Origin: Diplonema japonicum
Lineage: Eukaryota; Protista; Euglenozoa: Diplonemea
Reading direction: 5' to 3'
NCBI GenBank assembly: GCA_964019335.1
Contig: OZ025708.1
Location: 372,001 to 436,000 of the forward strand
Length of the DNA: 64,000 nucleotides
Each line of letters starts with the position of its first letter. The first letter of the stretch is position 1. The notes beneath the pieces were generated by a model, which was not told the origin of the DNA, searched no databases, and saw only the letters and a list, made by a program, of their open reading frames with translations. A program made the translations under genes and the position numbers. Positions 34,903-47,765 of this stretch are shown here, in pieces.

Positions 34903-37900
34903 ATGGGCAAGGAAACAGACAATACAAAACTTGCCCTAGCGGTGTGGCACGACAACCCAAGGGTGCAGGAGATCTGCGAGGCGAACGGGATCTCAAGGGA
35001 TGAGTTCCTGTACAACCGGCACCAAGTGGAGGGGCTGGAGCTGTTTCTGACCGCGATGCCCACAATGAAACAAGTCCAATGGTTCACAGGCCTTGTGAAG
35101 CTACAAATCATTCACCAAGAGATTTCCGTCATCGAGGGTCTGGAACAGATGGAATCCCTGGAGTACCTATGGCTGAACGAGAATAACATAAAAAGGATAC
35201 AAGGCCTGCAGGACTGCCTGCACCTCAAGGAACTGTACCTGTACTCAAACGAAATCGCCAAAATCGAAGGGTTGTCACGGTTGTCATCACTGGAAATATT
35301 ATGGTTGCAGGACAACAAAATAACGGAAATAGAAGGTCTAGGCAGACTTGTCAACCTCCGAGCCCTGTGGCTTGGCAGTAACGAAATCTCCCAAATCGGG
35401 CATGCTTTGGACAACCTTGTAAAGCTCGAAGAGCTCAACATCGCCAACAACAAAATAGGCTCATTCCGCGAGGTCCCGCACCTTGACAGACTGCCTAACC
35501 TAACGCATGTCTATTTCTCGGATCCTCACTTTGGGGACAATCCAATATGCCAGCTTTGCAACTATCAAACCTACACCCTGTACCACTTGAACAGGCTGAC
35601 CGTCCTCGATTACACATCTGTGTCTGAAGAGTCACGCCATCTAGCAGAAGCTACGTTTGTGAAGAAGAAGATGTACTATAATATGAGAATAAAGACGTTG
35701 CGGAGAAACACATCGAACTTGATTAAGAAGGCGGTGCAGTTCAGGCAGTGCAAGCTGTCAGAGGTGAATTTATCGTTAAACGTGTTGATCAGAATGGCGA
35801 AGGAGATCGAACGGGAGCTGGAGGAGGCGAAACTATTCGTGAACCCTGACACTTCCACTGCAGAGCTTGACGCAAAGCTCCGCGCTGTCCGAACAACCGT
35901 TCAACAAAAAAACAGCGAGATCGGAGAGATCGACGACAAGTTCACCTCCATGAAGGACACCATCGAAATGATTTCTCAAGACAACATAAGCAGGCTGCTA
36001 GTCGAACTACAAACTGGCGGGAACATCAGAATGGAAGAAGGGAAACAATCTGACGTTTGGTACCAATCGTGCATGGACCTCGTCCGAAGCCGTTTCTTCG
36101 CATCGGACTTCGAAAAATTCGGCATAAAAGATATCCGAATCACAAAGGTAACCCGAATCCACAACCGGTACCTAAGAAACCGTTTTGAAGACAAACTTGA
36201 ATCCATGATAGATATCAACAACCAAGCCTATAAAGCAGCCTTGGAATATCTATTCTACGGCGAAGATCCGGAGCTCCCCGGCGAGCTCACCACAGCTATT
36301 GAAGGCGGCTTCCGTCATCCAAAAGAATACGAGGCGAACGGAAAAGACAGCGGTGTCCCGGTGTCAAACTCCGTTTTCCTCGCCGAACAAGCGAGACTTG
36401 TAAAACTCTTAAAGGGAAACATGCTACCAGGTCACAACGATGGCATCATGGGCAGGGTTTTGATAACCAAGGTTTTCCTTGGAAAATCAACACATGCAAA
36501 ACACACCCAAGACGCCGATCACGATCAACTTGTCACTCCACAAAACGCACCAAAATCCTCAAAAGTAAAACGTGAGGATTACTCCGGGTCAGTGGTGTCG
36601 GTATTCAGAGAGGTTAAAGACGATCCGAAGCAAAGAACGTGGTTTTGCTTTGACAAGGACATGATCTTACCGGAGTATCTGGTTGAGTTCATGTACATCC
36701 CGACACCGTCTGCAGGGGTGAGCAAACTTCCCATTTCAACTCTTGTCGATTATTCCACAGATGACAGGTTGAACGAGCTGAAGAATGTGATCAACAAACT
36801 CGTCCCGTCCAGGAGCGAACTCGACGCGTCAGATATAAAATCGTACGCACACTATTTCCTTGCGTTCATCCACCACTGCAATTTGATAGTAGGGACTGAT
36901 AAGGAGTTGTCTTGCGAGCTGCTTTCATCAGCGCCCGTTATACGCCAACGCGCGAAGATTACTACCATCGACGTTGATGTTGTTAAAAAAGGGACGAAAG
37001 CAGCGTCGCTTTCAGAGGTTACCTACCTGAACCTATTCGGGAACCACATTAAGAAGATCGATGTTGTTCAGCAGTGTATCAACATCAAGTGTCTCGTCCT
37101 GTCGTTTAACGAGATTCAGAGGATAGAGTGTATCCACGACCTCCCGCACCTCACAGCCCTCGACTTGTCCTTCAACCTCATCAAGAGGGTCGAAGGTCTT
37201 AAAAACCTCCCGTCGCTCACTAAAATCGAGCTCAACAACAATTTAATCTACCGCTTGGAGGATGTCAATGTTATCAAGAAGACGGTCCCGTCTGTGACGG
37301 ACCTGTCCTTGCAGAACAACGCAATATGCGATGTGAGGAGCTACAAGTACATCGTGCTGCGAAGGGTGACCGGGCTGAAATTCTTCGACGGGAAAGCCAT
37401 CACCCAGTACGATTTACAACAGGCACAGGACAAGCTTTCACCTATGTCGCACGCATTAGTTGCCGGGCACACACACACTCAACCGGTATGTGATTGTTAC
37501 ATAAAAAAAATATATATATATATTCCCCCACAGACGCTTGGATGGGCGTTGAATCTCCAGCCGAACCTCGGTTGTCCGAACATCCACTGGAAGGAGAATC
37601 TTCTCACAATGGCAGAGAAGGAAGACAGGGACTATCCGAGCGACGATGGTGCTGCGACGCACTCAAGCGTGGATGATAGCTCGGAGCTGACCCAACGGCA
37701 GGAGATGACCCTCGCCAAGGCGGTGGAGATCAACTGCTCGAAGCTCCGCCTGAGGCGCATCGAGAATTTGGAAAAATGTCGAGACCTCAGAAAGCTCAAC
37801 ATGAGCGACAACGAGCTGAGCAGGATCGAAGGGTTGGAGAACTGCCTGAAGCTAGAAGAGCTGCATTTGGAGGACAACAGGATCACTAGGATCGAGTCTC

Positions 37901-39697
37901 TGTCGCTATTGGTATCTTTGGAGGGAAAAAAAAAAGAAAAAAAAAAACCCAAGACAAACCTTCGCAAACTCGAACTGGGGAAAAACAAGATCAGCAAGAT
38001 AGAAGGCTTGGAATGTTTAGTGCATTTGTGTCAGGTAAGTATAAAAAAAAAAAAAAAAAAAAAAAAAAACCCATTTCAGCTCTCCTTAGAGGACAACGAC
38101 ATATATTCACTGCAAGGCATACAACGGGTCCCGAACCTGATGGAGCTGTACATCGGGAATAACAAAATCGACAATTTGAAGGAAATAAGCTACCTCAGGG
38201 ACATCCCTAAGCTGATCATTTTGGATTTGAGCGGGAACCCGTTGTGCTACGAGGTGGAGTACAGACTCTTCGGGGTGTTCAACCTGAAGAAGCTGAAGGT
38301 TCTGGACGGCGTCAGCATCGACGCGGGGGAAAGCGCAAAGGCGAAGGAAACGTTCGCAGGAAAGATGAACTCCGAGCTTTTAACAGAAAAGGTGGGGAAG
38401 ATAACAGAATGGGCGAAAACCACCGAGCTGAACCTGTCCAGCTGCAGCATCAGGGAACTTTCATTGCTAGAACACTTCCCTTCACTTCTTCATTTCAAAT
38501 GTGACAACAATCTTCTAACAAATATCTCCGGCCTCCGATGCTGTACATCCTTATTATCGTTGAACTTGAATTCCAACAGGCTAGCCGGCACAACTGGAGA
38601 AGGCCCAAACGGGCGAGCACAACTAAGTATCGGGAAATGCCTTGAACAAATGGCGTCTCTAGAGTCACTCTCCCTCGAGTCGAATCACATAACATCGATC
38701 GCGAATCTTAATTTGAAATTGTTGAACCTTCGCTTCCTGAACCTGAGGGGGAATGACATCGCGAAGCTCGACGGGTTGCAGCAGCTTCCGCAGCTTTCCG
38801 AGCTTATCTTGGACAGAAACAAATTACGAGGCTTTGAAGACAAGGCGTTGCAAAGCTGCCATTGTTTGCGAGACCTCCGAGCGGAGGAGAATATGATAAA
38901 GCACCTAGATGGTTTGAAACAACTCCCAAACCTCAACAGGCTGTTCCTGACCGCCAACAGAGTAAGCGACCTCATCGAGTTGGAAAAACTTGAAGGCCTC
39001 GGAAGGCTGACAGAAATATACCTAACCGGCAACGCTGTAGCACGGAAATCTCTGTACAGAGCAACGCTTGTGTACAGAGTTTCGAATTGTCTGGTTGTTG
39101 ATGGGAGGGAGGTCACAGCCGATGAAAGGGAAAAAGCGGAATTGTTTTTCCACCAGGAGTACTATTCGTACCAACACCCTCCCAATGTGTACACTGAGCG
39201 GACCACCACTTCTTCAACTATACCTCAAGCGCAACAGCAGCCTGCTATGCTGGGTCCGAAGGGGGCTGTTAAATTGATTTCTTTCGAATATCATGACACG
39301 GCCAACCAGGCACCGATCTATCACTGCCAGTCGGAGAAAATGCCGACGCCGACGAGAGCTAGAAATGTTGTCAGCCAACAGCCCGGAGGGGGTGGGACAA
39401 GCGGTGCCACTGGCTCGCAGTTTTCAAAGGGGCCAAGGACAAACAGTGCTGATGGGTCAGCGCGTATGTTTTTTTTTTTGGGGGGGGAAAAAAAAATTCA
39501 GGTGACCTTCATCCGACGGCTAGCTGGCCTTCCACGATGGCCAATAACCCTGCAAATGGACCTTCTCAAAGGGCTACTTCAATGCGGTCGGTCAAGTTAG
39601 GTCGGACCAGGCCTACCTTGGGCAACGCTGCGTATGTTGAGGAAGAACGAAAAAAAAAAAGGGAGGGGTAAAATACTTTTAAACCTACAGGAAGTAA
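34903..39697 (+). CDS. LRRC9: leucine-rich repeat protein LRRC9-like (SDS22-type LRRs flanking a PARP-like middle region)
   Basis: Many L.L..N.I..IEGL repeats, ATFVKKKMYYNMRI and LPEYLVEF. Introns 37486-37533, 37912-37953, 38035-38079, 39464-39501 and 39632-39690; the last two are less certain. Confidence 0.85.
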
Positions 39698-40586
39698 ATA
39701 TTAGATGTTTGTTTTTTTTTTTTTTTTTTTTTTTTTTTTGTTGTTGTTTTTTTTATTTCATTCTCAATTTTTTTTTTTAACTAAGGAAAGAAAAAAGAAA
39801 GAAGAAAAAAAAAAAATAAGATAAGGATTTTTATGGTAGATTTTTTTATTTTTTGAAAGAAATATAAAAGGGAAAAAAAAAAAAACGAAAACGAAGAAGA
39901 AAAAGAAAAATAATATTTTTGTGGTGAATGCGACGAACGATAGCGGGAGGACGGAAAAAAAAAGGGGGGGATAAAAAAAACGAGAGAAAAAGAAATTTTT
40001 AAGGGAAAGTGAGCATGGATCACAAAAAATGGGGAAAGAGAAATAGATAAAAAGGAGGAAGGGAAGAGGTGCTAGTATGGGTTTTTGTACTCTGTTTTAT
40101 TCTTTTTTTTTTTTTAAAAAGCCCTTTCCCCCCGCCGTCTCCAAGGGTTTTTATAGACCCAATTGTTATTATAAAAAAAAGAGAAAAAAAAGAGGGGAAA
40201 CAAAAAACTGCAAATTATGATCTGTTTTTTTTTTTTTGTCCGTTTCTTATTGACTCCCTTTCCCTCCCCTCTTTCTCCCGAACTCTAATGCAAATACCAC
40301 AATTACCCCCCACAATTTCTTTTTTTTTTCTCCCCCCTCCCCCTCCTCCTCTTCGGATTCTACTCATTTTCTTTTTTTTTTATTTTTTCTCTCTTCCATG
40401 TTGCCCTCTTCCACACCATCCCACCCCCATTTTTCTTTTTCTTTTTTATTGTGCACAGATTTCCCTTTTTTTTTTTTTTGATTTTGATTTTTATTTTATT
40501 TCCCCGTTTTTTTTTTTTTTTTTTTTTCTCTCGCAAAAAAAATCGAAAATCATAGGGACATTACATTTAAAAAAAAAAAAAAGGAA

Positions 40587-41254
40587 ATGCAGAACTCAGG
40601 TAGGCAGATCGAGCAGATGAAGCAGTTCATCCTTTCCGAGGCGAAGGAGAAGGCTGAGGAGATACAGACGAAGGCCAAGAACGAGGCCTACGCCTGGAAG
40701 AACGAGCAATCCAAGAAGCAGAAGGAAGAAATTGACAGGATGTGCGCAAAGGAGATGGAGCAGTACAGAATCTCCAAGAGGGTCGCCCACGCCAACGAGA
40801 TCAAGGCACAGAGGGACAAGGTGCTGAACGCCAGGATTGTTGCCATGGACGGCCTCAGGGACACTGCCCTCACTGACCTCAACCAGCTGACCAAGGGGTC
40901 CGACTATGACGCGCTCCTCAAGGCGCTCACCCAGCAGGCTATCGAAGCGGTCTCTGGGTCTGGCTCTAAGGATGTGGTTATCAGCTGCAAAAAGGCGGAC
41001 AAGTCCAAGGTGGAGAAGGCCCTCAACAGCGTGTCTGGCATCAAGGCCACCCTCTCCAAGGACTTCCTTGACGATGACGTTGTCGGTGGTGTGTACGCTC
41101 AGGCCCAGCAGGGCAAGATTGTGTGCAACAACACCCTCAAGCACCGACTGGAAAACTGCATGGAAGAAGTATATATTTTTTTTTTTTTGGGAGGAAAAAA
41201 AAAAAAAAAAAAACCCAGATCATGCCCATCCTTCGTCACGGTCTTTTCCAGTAA
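40587..41254 (+). CDS. ATP6V1E: V-type ATPase V1 subunit E
   Basis: QIEQMKQFILSEAKEKAEEI and GGV....GKIVCNNTL..RL. Intron 41169-41218 gives the C-terminus EE|IMPILRHGLFQ*. Confidence 0.93.
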
Positions 41255-42045
41255 AAGGGGAGTTTTTTTTTTTTTTCTTTTAGTGTTTTTTTTTTTTTCT
41301 TTTTTTTTTTTCTTTTTTTTTTTCCCCCTTCGCCGTACACGTTCCCCTCCCCCCCCCTTTTTTTTGGACGTGCTAGCGTTTGCATGTCCTTTATTTTCTG
41401 ATTCTTCCCTATTTTTTTTCCCCCCCCAAAAAAAAAGAGTGTTTTTTTTTTTTATCCCCTGTTTACCACAAAAAAAGAAGAAAAAATGACTCTTTTCTGG
41501 GGAGCAAAAACCCCCCCTTTTTTTTCCGAAAATCTTTTTCTTTTTTTTTTACCATTTTTTTCTCTCCTTTTTTTTTCTTTCCTTTTTTTTTTGCTTCGCT
41601 CAGTACAATAAAAAAGGAGGGGAAGGTAGGGGGGGGGGGGGGGAACTAAAGAGAAGACAAGAGAAGAAAAATAAGAAAAAAAGAAAATATCCGAATGGCC
41701 ATATTACATTATGCCCCCCCCCCCCCTTCTCAACAAAATAACGCGTGATTGTTCCTTCTTTTTTTTAAAAAAAATATTCCCCCCCCACCCGAACCCTCCT
41801 TTTTTTTCCCCACCCCCCTCTTCTCTTTCCAAATGTTTCAACCCCCTCCATTCTCTTCTTTTTTTTTGTTTTTTTTCTTTTTAGTTTTTTTTTTTATTTT
41901 CTATTTTTTTTTGTCCGATGGAGCTGCATCTGTTCTATGTGCTTCCTCATTATCCGCTGTTTGTTGTCGTCGTGTTGGAGCTTTCTCATGAGAGGAAAAA
42001 AAAAAAAAAAAAAAAAAAAGAGGAAAAAAAGAAGAAAAAAGTACC

Positions 42046-43263
42046 ATGGCGACCGAAGTGAAAAGCGACGTAGAAATAAAAAAAATAATTTTATGGAGTG
42101 ACGGTGACTGGATAACAGGACTGGAAACCCAATGGAAAGGGGGAAGCGTGTCCAAGCACGGCGCAACAGGCAGCAACTGCGTGGAGGTCCCCTTCGACGA
42201 GGGCGAATACCTTGTCAACGTTGGTATCAAATGCTGCAATGGGGAGAGAAACACATATGTGAGCGCAGTCACCCTCCACACCAATCTCGCGATGAAGACC
42301 TCCTGGGTAGGCGGCACCACCGGAAAAATTACCTTTCTGAAGAAGGAGGGCTATAAAATAATCGGGTTCACAGGAAGGTCCTCCCACTGCCTCGACGCCT
42401 TGGGCGTCCTCACTGTCCCGCTGACCGGCGATACGCAAACAGTGTCGAGAACACATTCTTTCGGCGGTCCCAGCGGTGTCGCGTTCGCAGATTTTTCCGC
42501 GGTCGATTATTCACAGCTGTCACAAATTGTTCTAAGGTCCGCGTTTAAAGAACAATCGACAGAACCAGCTCACAGCAACGCGCAACAATTGTTGGAGTCT
42601 GCGAGGCATCTGTTCACGAATATGCAGCGTGCGTGCCATGGAGAGAACGCCCCGGAGCTGCTTACCGAGGCGGAGAGATTCTTCAAAGTTCAAATCAAAC
42701 CCGCATCGCTTCAAGACCCACCCACATCCCCACTTGTTTCAAGCGAAAGAGAACTTATCAGCCGGTCTGGAAAGGACACTTACCCTCTGAAGTGGGACGC
42801 CTTCACAGCGGGGTTCACTTTTACGGGAGATGTAATGACCGCTGTTTGCAGAGTGTCTGCGGGCTGGCGGTCGGTCATAACGAGGACGCCCCTCCCCATT
42901 GCGGAGTCACGTGCTGTTGAAGTGATACTCAGCGTGAGGGATTGCCGGATTCTCGCTATTGGTGTTTCACCTGCCGAGGCCTTGGACAAGCTTAGCTTTG
43001 TAGGGGAAACCCACACGTCCATCGCGTTCCAGTCTACCGGACACACCGTGACGTCTTCAGACCTGATCCCTAATTTTTGTCCTTTTGGGGCGAAGGACAC
43101 CATCTCTCTTCTCGTCACCTCGGAGTCGATAGCTTTTTACAAGAATAGAGAATTTATGTGTGTGGAAACGCTGCCTTGTAAGGAGCCCTACCTCACCGTG
43201 TCTGGGTACTTGGGTCCCAATGAGTTTTCGATAGTGGGGTGCCTTTTATGGAAAGAGGTATGA
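42046..43263 (+). CDS. jacalin-like lectin domain + SPRY/B30.2-like domain protein
   Basis: N-terminal GEYLVNV..VSAVTLHTN..KIIGFTGRSSHCLDALG (jacalin-like). C-terminal LAIGVS..FVGE..SIAF..G..FGAKDTISLLV..IAFYKN (SPRY-like). Confidence 0.65.
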   Translation: MATEVKSDVEIKKIILWSDGDWITGLETQWKGGSVSKHGATGSNCVEVPFDEGEYLVNVGIKCCNGERNTYVSAVTLHTNLAMKTSWVGGTTGKITFLKKEGYKIIGFTGRSSHCLDALGVLTVPLTGDTQTVSRTHSFGGPSGVAFADFSAVDYSQLSQIVLRSAFKEQSTEPAHSNAQQLLESARHLFTNMQRACHGENAPELLTEAERFFKVQIKPASLQDPPTSPLVSSERELISRSGKDTYPLKWDAFTAGFTFTGDVMTAVCRVSAGWRSVITRTPLPIAESRAVEVILSVRDCRILAIGVSPAEALDKLSFVGETHTSIAFQSTGHTVTSSDLIPNFCPFGAKDTISLLVTSESIAFYKNREFMCVETLPCKEPYLTVSGYLGPNEFSIVGCLLWKEV

Positions 43264-43747
43264 AACTGGGGGGGAAGGGGGAAACAAAAAAAAACAGAGC
43301 GATGTGATGGAATGTGGGGAATTTCCCCCTAAGAAATTGTAGAGGAGGGAGGGGTAAAGAAAAAGAAAGGGGGGGGGGGGGGGGGAAGGAGTATTATCAG
43401 AAAAAAAACGATAGTGTTCGTTTGCATTTCTTTTTTTTTTTTTTTTTTTTTTTGCAACAAAAAAGTGCTTGTGTGCACAACGAAAAAAAAAAGAGCAGCA
43501 AACACCCCCTTTTTTTTTCTTTTTTTTCTTTTTTTACCAAGAGGAAGAGGGGGGAAAGGAAGCGTGTTTTTTTTTTATGGGGCTTGAAGCACTGTTTAAT
43601 CTTTCCTTCACTTTGTCCCCCGTCGTCCTCATTGTTGTTCACCGCCCACACCTTTTTTTCTCCCCCCCCCCCAATACAACAAAATAAAAGAAAAGATGTG
43701 GGGGGGGATTTTTAAACAAAAATAAAATTAAAAAAAAAAAACGAGAA

Positions 43748-45721
43748 ATGTCACACGAAATAGGGATACAAGTGGCAAAACGGCTCGTGCGGAGCGGTCT
43801 CAAGAGTGCTAAAATAAGGGAAAGGATAGAGAAGGTTGTGAAAGAGAGGAAAGTGGAGCTGAGGGGCAAGGGTGTGGGCGAAGGCGAGGTCGAGCTTCTC
43901 GTGGGGTCAGAAGCTCGAACACAACTTTTAAACGAAGCCTTTGCAGAGCTGAGGTACCGGTCCTTGCTGATGGTGATGCGGAATGAGATGCCGCTGCTGC
44001 CAATGCAACGTAGTGACACGGATCTCGAATACCCAGCAATAGCCAAGGTGCCCATAGACCCCAAACCGGGAAGTCCTATGAAACAAATCACATTCTCGCC
44101 ACCGCCTCTCAAGCCGTCACCCTCACCCTCTAGATCCATGCCGTCTCCTGTTCCCACGCTTTCCGACCCAGTAGGGAAGGGCCCCCCCACATCCCGTCAA
44201 GAGGGTCTCCATGTCAACCGTGTGGGCCGGCTAGGGCGGCTATACTCATGGTGGAACCGAACCCACACCAACGCACTTGAAAATTCCGAAGGTCGGAAAG
44301 GCATGACTCTGCTTCAAGAGACCTCACGTGGTGGGATCGGCAACATGACCGACGCCGACATGCTCAGGGCTTCCTCCCTCACACCGCTTGAGGTCAGGTA
44401 CCTCGTCGCAAAGCGTATCAGAAAGGTCACAGAGCTCATCCGTACTGAAGGCGTTTTGGAACAGCCGCACGAGGCACTTAAACTCGCAAGGGAGTCGCTT
44501 GTCATGATGCAATGCACGCACGGTGCGGGGCACCCTTTGCTGCTTCCCGTTTTGAACGTCTACGCCTTTGCGTGCCTGCATGTTAAGCACCTGGAGCAGT
44601 GCCAGCTCGCGGTCAAGATCCTCGACAACATGTTCGAGAAACTGGAGAACGAGCACGCCGAGAGCGTGGTGTACCCCATGGACCCGCTGTGCTACAGCCC
44701 GCAGAGGGAGAAGGCCATATTGTTGTCTGTAGTGATGCAGCTCAGCTACCACAACGGGCAGTTCAAGGATGCGGTGGACTTCGCGAACAAAGCGCTTGAG
44801 GTGTTCGAGGAGGTGGGCGACGACGAGACCATCGCCAGTGCGAAGGACAGCGTGTCGCTGATGCTGGCGGTCTCCCTCACAATGCTGGGGAGAAGCGAGG
44901 AGGCGGAGGTGCAGTTCAAACGGTCGCTGGTGGACCTTGTGGACAGACACTCTCAGAACTCGCCTGCTATCGTGCCCAACCTGCAGCTCATGTCCGCCTA
45001 CGCCATGAACATGAAGAACTACGACGAGGCACAGACGCTCGCCGCAACGGCCTACAAGAACCTCCACCAAAACCTAGGTCAGCACCACCCACGGACACTG
45101 TCGGGGATGAAACAAGTAGCCGAGATGTGCCTCCTCACCAAACAGTACAAGACGGCAGCGAAGTGGCTGCTGGTCCTGAACAGGATGTACATCGAGTACC
45201 TCACGAGGTTCGGTGCTGCCTTATCGCCTGTGGAGCACGCCAACTCCTTGCATCTCCTGTCTCTGTCGTTCTTGGGGCTGCACAAACCAGAGGAGGCACT
45301 ACAGGTGTCGACCCACAGCTTGCGGTTATACGAGAGGACCATCTCCGGGCAGGAGCTTCTCGCCCTGCGTGAGCCGCTCCTGACGTGGTGCACGGCGTTC
45401 AGAATGTGCGGGTGCCATGCTCAGAAGGAGGGTGCACGGCATGTGATCACTGTGTTGCATAGGTTCTTGGATCTCATGCAAGGACCTCACAACCTGCCCC
45501 CTCCTTCCCCTTCGGACCTGTGGTACTGTCTCCATCACCTTTCGTATTATCATCTCTGGGCGGGGAATTATGCAAAATCTGCCTGCGCAGTGCACGCCCT
45601 GCAGCAGCTCGAGCCCCGCCCTGCATATGCAGACATCAGACCGTGGCTTGACGATGTTGAGCGGGTGCAGCGTGCCCAACACATGGCAGGGTGGCCTGAT
45701 CACTCGAACTCCTTCGTATGA
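43748..45721 (+). CDS. TPR-repeat protein (kinesin light chain-like repeats)
   Basis: Helical repeats such as HGAGHP, EEAEVQFKRSL, YDEAQTL, LGQHHPRTL and EEALQV...SLRLYE. Confidence 0.75.
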   Translation: MSHEIGIQVAKRLVRSGLKSAKIRERIEKVVKERKVELRGKGVGEGEVELLVGSEARTQLLNEAFAELRYRSLLMVMRNEMPLLPMQRSDTDLEYPAIAKVPIDPKPGSPMKQITFSPPPLKPSPSPSRSMPSPVPTLSDPVGKGPPTSRQEGLHVNRVGRLGRLYSWWNRTHTNALENSEGRKGMTLLQETSRGGIGNMTDADMLRASSLTPLEVRYLVAKRIRKVTELIRTEGVLEQPHEALKLARESLVMMQCTHGAGHPLLLPVLNVYAFACLHVKHLEQCQLAVKILDNMFEKLENEHAESVVYPMDPLCYSPQREKAILLSVVMQLSYHNGQFKDAVDFANKALEVFEEVGDDETIASAKDSVSLMLAVSLTMLGRSEEAEVQFKRSLVDLVDRHSQNSPAIVPNLQLMSAYAMNMKNYDEAQTLAATAYKNLHQNLGQHHPRTLSGMKQVAEMCLLTKQYKTAAKWLLVLNRMYIEYLTRFGAALSPVEHANSLHLLSLSFLGLHKPEEALQVSTHSLRLYERTISGQELLALREPLLTWCTAFRMCGCHAQKEGARHVITVLHRFLDLMQGPHNLPPPSPSDLWYCLHHLSYYHLWAGNYAKSACAVHALQQLEPRPAYADIRPWLDDVERVQRAQHMAGWPDHSNSFV

Positions 45722-46423
45722 ACTAGAAAATAAATGAGATTTCTTTTTTAAACTTTTTTTTTCTTCTTTTTTTATACAGATCTACGCCCTCTGCCTGTGC
45801 CTTGCAGCCGACGGCTGTGCCTATCTGTACACCTATCTAAGCTCCCCGCCCGACAGGATGGAGGAGGTTTCCGAGCAATAAGTTTTAACACCCCCCACTG
45901 TCTTCTTATCCCATGCCCCCTCCCCTTTTGGACGCTGCTGTGTCAAAAGAAATCGTTTTCCCTTTTTTTCTGGGTATACTTATATGATCGAGAAAGTGCC
46001 ACCGTAGAAATACCATGGTGGAGCTGGCCTGGCAAATCCACCAGGCGAAGAGGGGAGGCGGTGGAGGACTTGAGAAGCAGGCTGGAGCAAAGCTTTCCTG
46101 CTACGTTAAGTAAAAGGTGCACACCCTGCGACATGTGGGGCCCGACGGCACACAGCTACGACAGGAGACCACTCTTCTTCTCGAGCCCCTAGCACGATGT
46201 TTCTCGCTCAGATGCCGTCCATCTCATTGCGACAAACAGCCACCACAGGCAGACAGCAACCGCAGGTGACAGATTAGAGTGATAACATCCTTGAACAGTA
46301 AGCACTCCCTGCACTGCAACTTTATCCTCCCCTCCCCTCCCACCCCCGCTTGTTTTTATATTTTATATTTTATCGGTTCTTTTTTTTATTCTTCTGGATT
46401 TTAAAAAAAAGTATGCACACGAG

Positions 46424-47203
46424 ATGTCAGCAAGCAGCCGGTTGAAGAAGGAGCTGATCCGTATCAAGAAGGAAAGGGTTGCGGGTATTCTTGTCACAAG
46501 CGATGTGACCAGCGTGTCGCTGTGGAAGGCGCAGATCGAAGGACCGGAGGGATCGCCGTATGAAGGGGGCCTGTTTGAAATGCAGCTGAAGTTCCCGAAC
46601 GAGTACCCGTTCAAGGCCCCAGACGTCAGGTTCTTGACGAAGGTGTTCCACCCCAACGTATACGTGAGCGGTGAGATCTGTCTGGACATTCTCCAGAACG
46701 CGTGGCAGCCAACCTACACTGGTGAGAAGGTACTGATTTCCATCCAATCTCTGCTAACAGACCCGAACCCTGCTAGCTCCGCCAACGGGAAAGCTGGTAA
46801 CATGTATGAGAAAAGCAGAAAGGCCTACGACAAAGAAGCAAGGGCTATGACCAAGAAGCACGCCATGGGTGAAGAATCACAAAAGAGAAAAAGACAAGCT
46901 GAAGCGGAATTCGACACTCCCCACAAATCAGAACTAACAGAGCCAACACCCAAACGCACAAAGTCCGCTCCCTCCGTGCCTGTCAAAGAGGCTAAACCAA
47001 CGAAGAAGGAAAAGGTGAGTGAACCAAAGGCAGTCCCTCCACCCATTCAACCCCCTTCAACAGAGAAAACCACGGAGGAGAAGCTTATCGAGGAGCTCCA
47101 AGCCGAAGGGTTCAAAAACGTTTCCTTAATCCGTCAGCTGCTTCCTATTGTGTCCGGGGACAAGGCGTTGCTGAAGAGTCTTTATGAGGGGCAGAATTCA
47201 TAG
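46424..47203 (+). CDS. ubiquitin-conjugating enzyme E2 (Rad6/Ubc4-like core) with basic linker and UBA-like tail
   Basis: GPEGSPYEGG, YPFKAP, active-site FHPNV..SGEICLDILQN.W.P; tail LIEELQAEGFKN. Confidence 0.93.
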   Translation: MSASSRLKKELIRIKKERVAGILVTSDVTSVSLWKAQIEGPEGSPYEGGLFEMQLKFPNEYPFKAPDVRFLTKVFHPNVYVSGEICLDILQNAWQPTYTGEKVLISIQSLLTDPNPASSANGKAGNMYEKSRKAYDKEARAMTKKHAMGEESQKRKRQAEAEFDTPHKSELTEPTPKRTKSAPSVPVKEAKPTKKEKVSEPKAVPPPIQPPSTEKTTEEKLIEELQAEGFKNVSLIRQLLPIVSGDKALLKSLYEGQNS

Positions 47204-47318
47204 TGGGAATATTGTCATTAGAAAAAGGGAGAATGAAAAAATTTAAAGAAGGGGAATATGGGGAAGAGAGGATGCGTCACATGTTTCCCCGTTGTTTATG
47301 TGTCTGATAAGTTTTTTT

Positions 47319-47349
<31 letters not shown>

Positions 47350-47765
47350 AGAGGAAATATTCACGCGAGGATGGGTGGGCTTCTCTTCTCGAGGGCAAAG
47401 AAGAAAGAAAGAAGAAAACGCCCAATTTTTTTATCTAAATTACTCTCTCTTGCATCGGAGGAGGGGGAAATAAATTCCTTGCCCTTCCCTCCATCCTTTT
47501 TTTTTTTCCCCACATTAAGGACACGACGAGGAACGCAGAAGAAGCATGTGCTCCCCCTGTAATCAAATAGACAGCACAGGGCGCCACCAACAACTTTTCT
47601 TTTTTCTTTTTCTTTTCATTTCTCCCCCCCCCCCCCCCCCCTTCTTTCAAATACTTTTTTTTTCTTCTTTTTTTTTATTGTCTTTTTTATATCCCACTTT
47701 GATCCTCCATCTAGCCTCAAAAAAAAAAGGGGGAAGTATAAAAAAAAAAAGTCACAAAAAAAAAA

